A stretch of DNA of 7,984 nt, from positions 1-7,984 of the IMG/VR virus record IMGVR_UViG_2850808358_000006; one strand, given 5' to 3'. How positions within the stretch are numbered: position 1 is the stretch's first letter; each line of letters opens with the position of its first letter. The notes beneath the pieces are model-generated. The model had not been told where the DNA came from. It searched no databases and was given only the letters and a program-made list of their open reading frames with translations. This document shows positions 6,834 to 7,984 of the stretch, one piece after another. This stretch comes from a virus. Lineage: Duplodnaviria; Heunggongvirae; Uroviricota; Caudoviricetes. The translations under genes were made by a program, and so were the position numbers.

Positions 6834-6855
6834 GCCGGAGAAATCCGGCTTTTTT
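6834..6855 (+). terminator. rho-independent terminator after the capsid operon
   Basis: Stem GCCGGA (6834-6839) and TCCGGC (6844-6849), loop GAAA, T-run 6850-6855. Nearly identical in sequence to the terminator at 4557-4579. Confidence 0.75.
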
Positions 6856-6976
6856 GCGGGTCCTTTCCGGCATATGGACCTGTTACGGGGCGGCGACCTC
6901 GCGGTTTTTCGCTATTTATGACGTTTTTCCGTGAAGGTGACACCACCACCACTTGATTAACATTTAACCAGTTAAT
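6856..6976 (+). other. lambda-type cos site (cosQ-like 6858-6870, cosN cohesive-end core GGGCGGCGACCT 6888-6899, short cosB-like region)
   Basis: GGGTCCTTTCCGG ... GTTACGGGGCGGCGACCTCGCGGTTTTTCGCTATTTATGA matches the joined lambda right end and left end (GGGTCCTTTCCGGTGATCCGACAGGTTACG + GGGCGGCGACCTCGCGGGTTTTCGCTATTTATGAAAATTTTCCGG), recalled from memory. Downstream CGTTTTTCCGTG (6922-6933) resembles the lambda R3 element CGTTTCCGTTCT. Followed by CACCACCACC and the palindrome TTAACCAGTTAA (6964-6975), then the Nu1-like gene. Confidence 0.8.
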
Positions 6977-6988
6977 TGAGGTAACATT

Positions 6989-7423
6989 ATGATTGATAAG
7001 ACTTGTTTTGTAAGTCAGCAGGAAATAGCTGAACATTTCAAGGTAAACAGAACCACTATTCGCGCATGGACCAAACAGGGGATGCCGTATCTTAATGCGG
7101 ATCGCGGAAAGTCCGGCGGTTATCACATCGGGCATACATTGCTTTGGTCTTCAGGTAAAAGCCATCTTGAGGCCATTGGATATCACGTAGAAACCAGTGC
7201 GCTGGAAAAAATTATGGTTGCCAGGCTGCTTTCATCTGAGCGTGACGAGTACTCCAGTGAAGAAACAGAACATCGATTTGATGAAGGTTTGCAGATTTAC
7301 GGCTATTCACCGGAAGATGTGAGCAAAGCACGAAATAAAATGGCTGGCTTTCTGGCTGGGTGGCGTCATGCAGTAAGCGTTCGCCGTGCCAGCATGGAGC
7401 AATCAGCCGATACCGAACAGTAA
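6989..7423 (+). CDS. Nu1-like small terminase subunit homologue (winged-HTH DNA-binding domain), 144 aa; possibly a packaging-redirection (Rpp-like) factor
   Basis: N-terminus QQEIAEHFKVNRTTIRAWTKQGMPYL matches lambda Nu1 KKQLADIFGASIRTIQNWQEQGMPVL by eye. About 35 aa shorter than Nu1. No large-terminase gene follows. TGAGGT Shine-Dalgarno at 6977-6982. Lies directly downstream of the cos site. Confidence 0.75.
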   Translation: MIDKTCFVSQQEIAEHFKVNRTTIRAWTKQGMPYLNADRGKSGGYHIGHTLLWSSGKSHLEAIGYHVETSALEKIMVARLLSSERDEYSSEETEHRFDEGLQIYGYSPEDVSKARNKMAGFLAGWRHAVSVRRASMEQSADTEQ

Positions 7424-7479
7424 AGCCGATAACTTGTTAATCACTCGCAGCAATGCGTGTGATTTGTGCACACTTTCGG

Positions 7480-7670
7480 TTAACTGGTTCGATGTCCGGT
7501 TTTAGTGTCTGTTTTTTGCGCATGTCCGGTTCATGGAAAGCATGTTTTTGTATTTTTCATATAGTTAACTTGAAGAGAAGCCGGACATGGCTCCTGGAAA
7601 ATTTTCATAAATAGCGAAAACCCGCGAGGTCGCCGCCCCGTAACGGGCCATAATTCCAGGAAGGACCCGA
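7480..7670 (-). other. second cos-like site in inverted orientation (cosN core on the minus strand at 7627-7638, cosQ-like at 7656-7668, cosB-like region with three ATGTCCGG-type repeats)
   Basis: The reverse complement of 7594-7640 reads CGGGGCGGCGACCTCGCGGGTTTTCGCTATTTATGAAAATTTTCCAG, near-identical to the lambda cosN left flank. Repeats ATGTCCGG at 7492-7499 and 7522-7529 and the inverted CCGGACAT at 7581-7588 occupy positions like lambda R1/R2/R3, with an AT-rich stretch between them. TTAACTGGTT (7480-7489) mirrors the palindrome in the first cos site. Confidence 0.65.
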
Positions 7671-7702
7671 CGACACCAGACTATCAGAACGATGGGGGCA
7701 CA

Positions 7703-7984
7703 ATGACAGAAGCCGAAATACTGGGATTAATCCGTCGCGTTACCGGAATCAGCCAGCAGGCTGACGAACAGACCACGCAGCCGGACAGCGTGACAGCCGA
7801 AAACTATGCGCGTGTTGTGGCTGAGGTGATGCGCCGTGATGGTATTGAGCTTAACGGCGAGGATATGCGCAACATACGAACCAGAGTTCTCGGGTTGTTG
7901 TCATACCGTCGCCGTTCTCAACAACGGAGGGAGAGCGCGAAAAATACTTACCAGTGGAAGAAGCCGGAACGGCTGCGGCGGTAA
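7703..7984 (+). CDS. hypothetical protein (93 aa)
   Basis: Track ORF 7703..7984. GGGGG run at 7694-7698 upstream of the ATG; stop TAA at the window end. Basic C-terminus (RRRSQQRRESAKNTYQWKKPERLRR). No recognisable motif. Confidence 0.5.
   Translation: MTEAEILGLIRRVTGISQQADEQTTQPDSVTAENYARVVAEVMRRDGIELNGEDMRNIRTRVLGLLSYRRRSQQRRESAKNTYQWKKPERLRR

Noticed and set aside
6593-7135. Minus-strand track ORF (180 aa) across the terminator, cos site and start of the Nu1-like gene
   Set aside because: It crosses a terminator and the cos site and runs antisense to two well-supported plus-strand genes, so it is spurious.

Overview
This window reads as the replication-to-packaging section of a cos-packaged phage satellite or PICI-like island from an enterobacterial host, not as a complete lambdoid phage. 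All protein family calls are by-eye comparison with sequences recalled from memory; no database search was run. Left to right: a minus-strand ribbon-helix-helix regulator (58-363) divergent from a plus-strand operon; an operator-rich promoter region (380-465); three small ORFs (560-1382), two of them visibly AT-richer than their neighbours; a Toprim-like primase fused to a Walker A/B helicase (1379-3501) that is split by a frameshift near 2411-2416; an origin-like array of about twelve TAACCCGCA iterons around an AT-rich core (3524-3840); a small ORF and an SSB homologue ending in IPF (3880-4541) followed by two terminators; a promoter with a perfect 15-bp palindrome (4708-4764); a capsid module with a lambda gpE-like major capsid protein (4998-6053) and a gpD-like decoration protein (6065-6400), in E-then-D order; a hypothetical ORF and terminator; a lambda-type cos site (6856-6976) directly upstream of a short Nu1-like small-terminase homologue (6989-7423); a second cos-like site in inverted orientation with a different cosB (7480-7670); and a final hypothetical ORF (7703-7984). 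No integrase, portal, prohead protease, large terminase or tail genes are in the window. The most notable points are the two convergent cos sites flanking the Nu1-like gene, and lambda-type capsid and decoration genes sitting in a satellite-like context without the rest of a head module.
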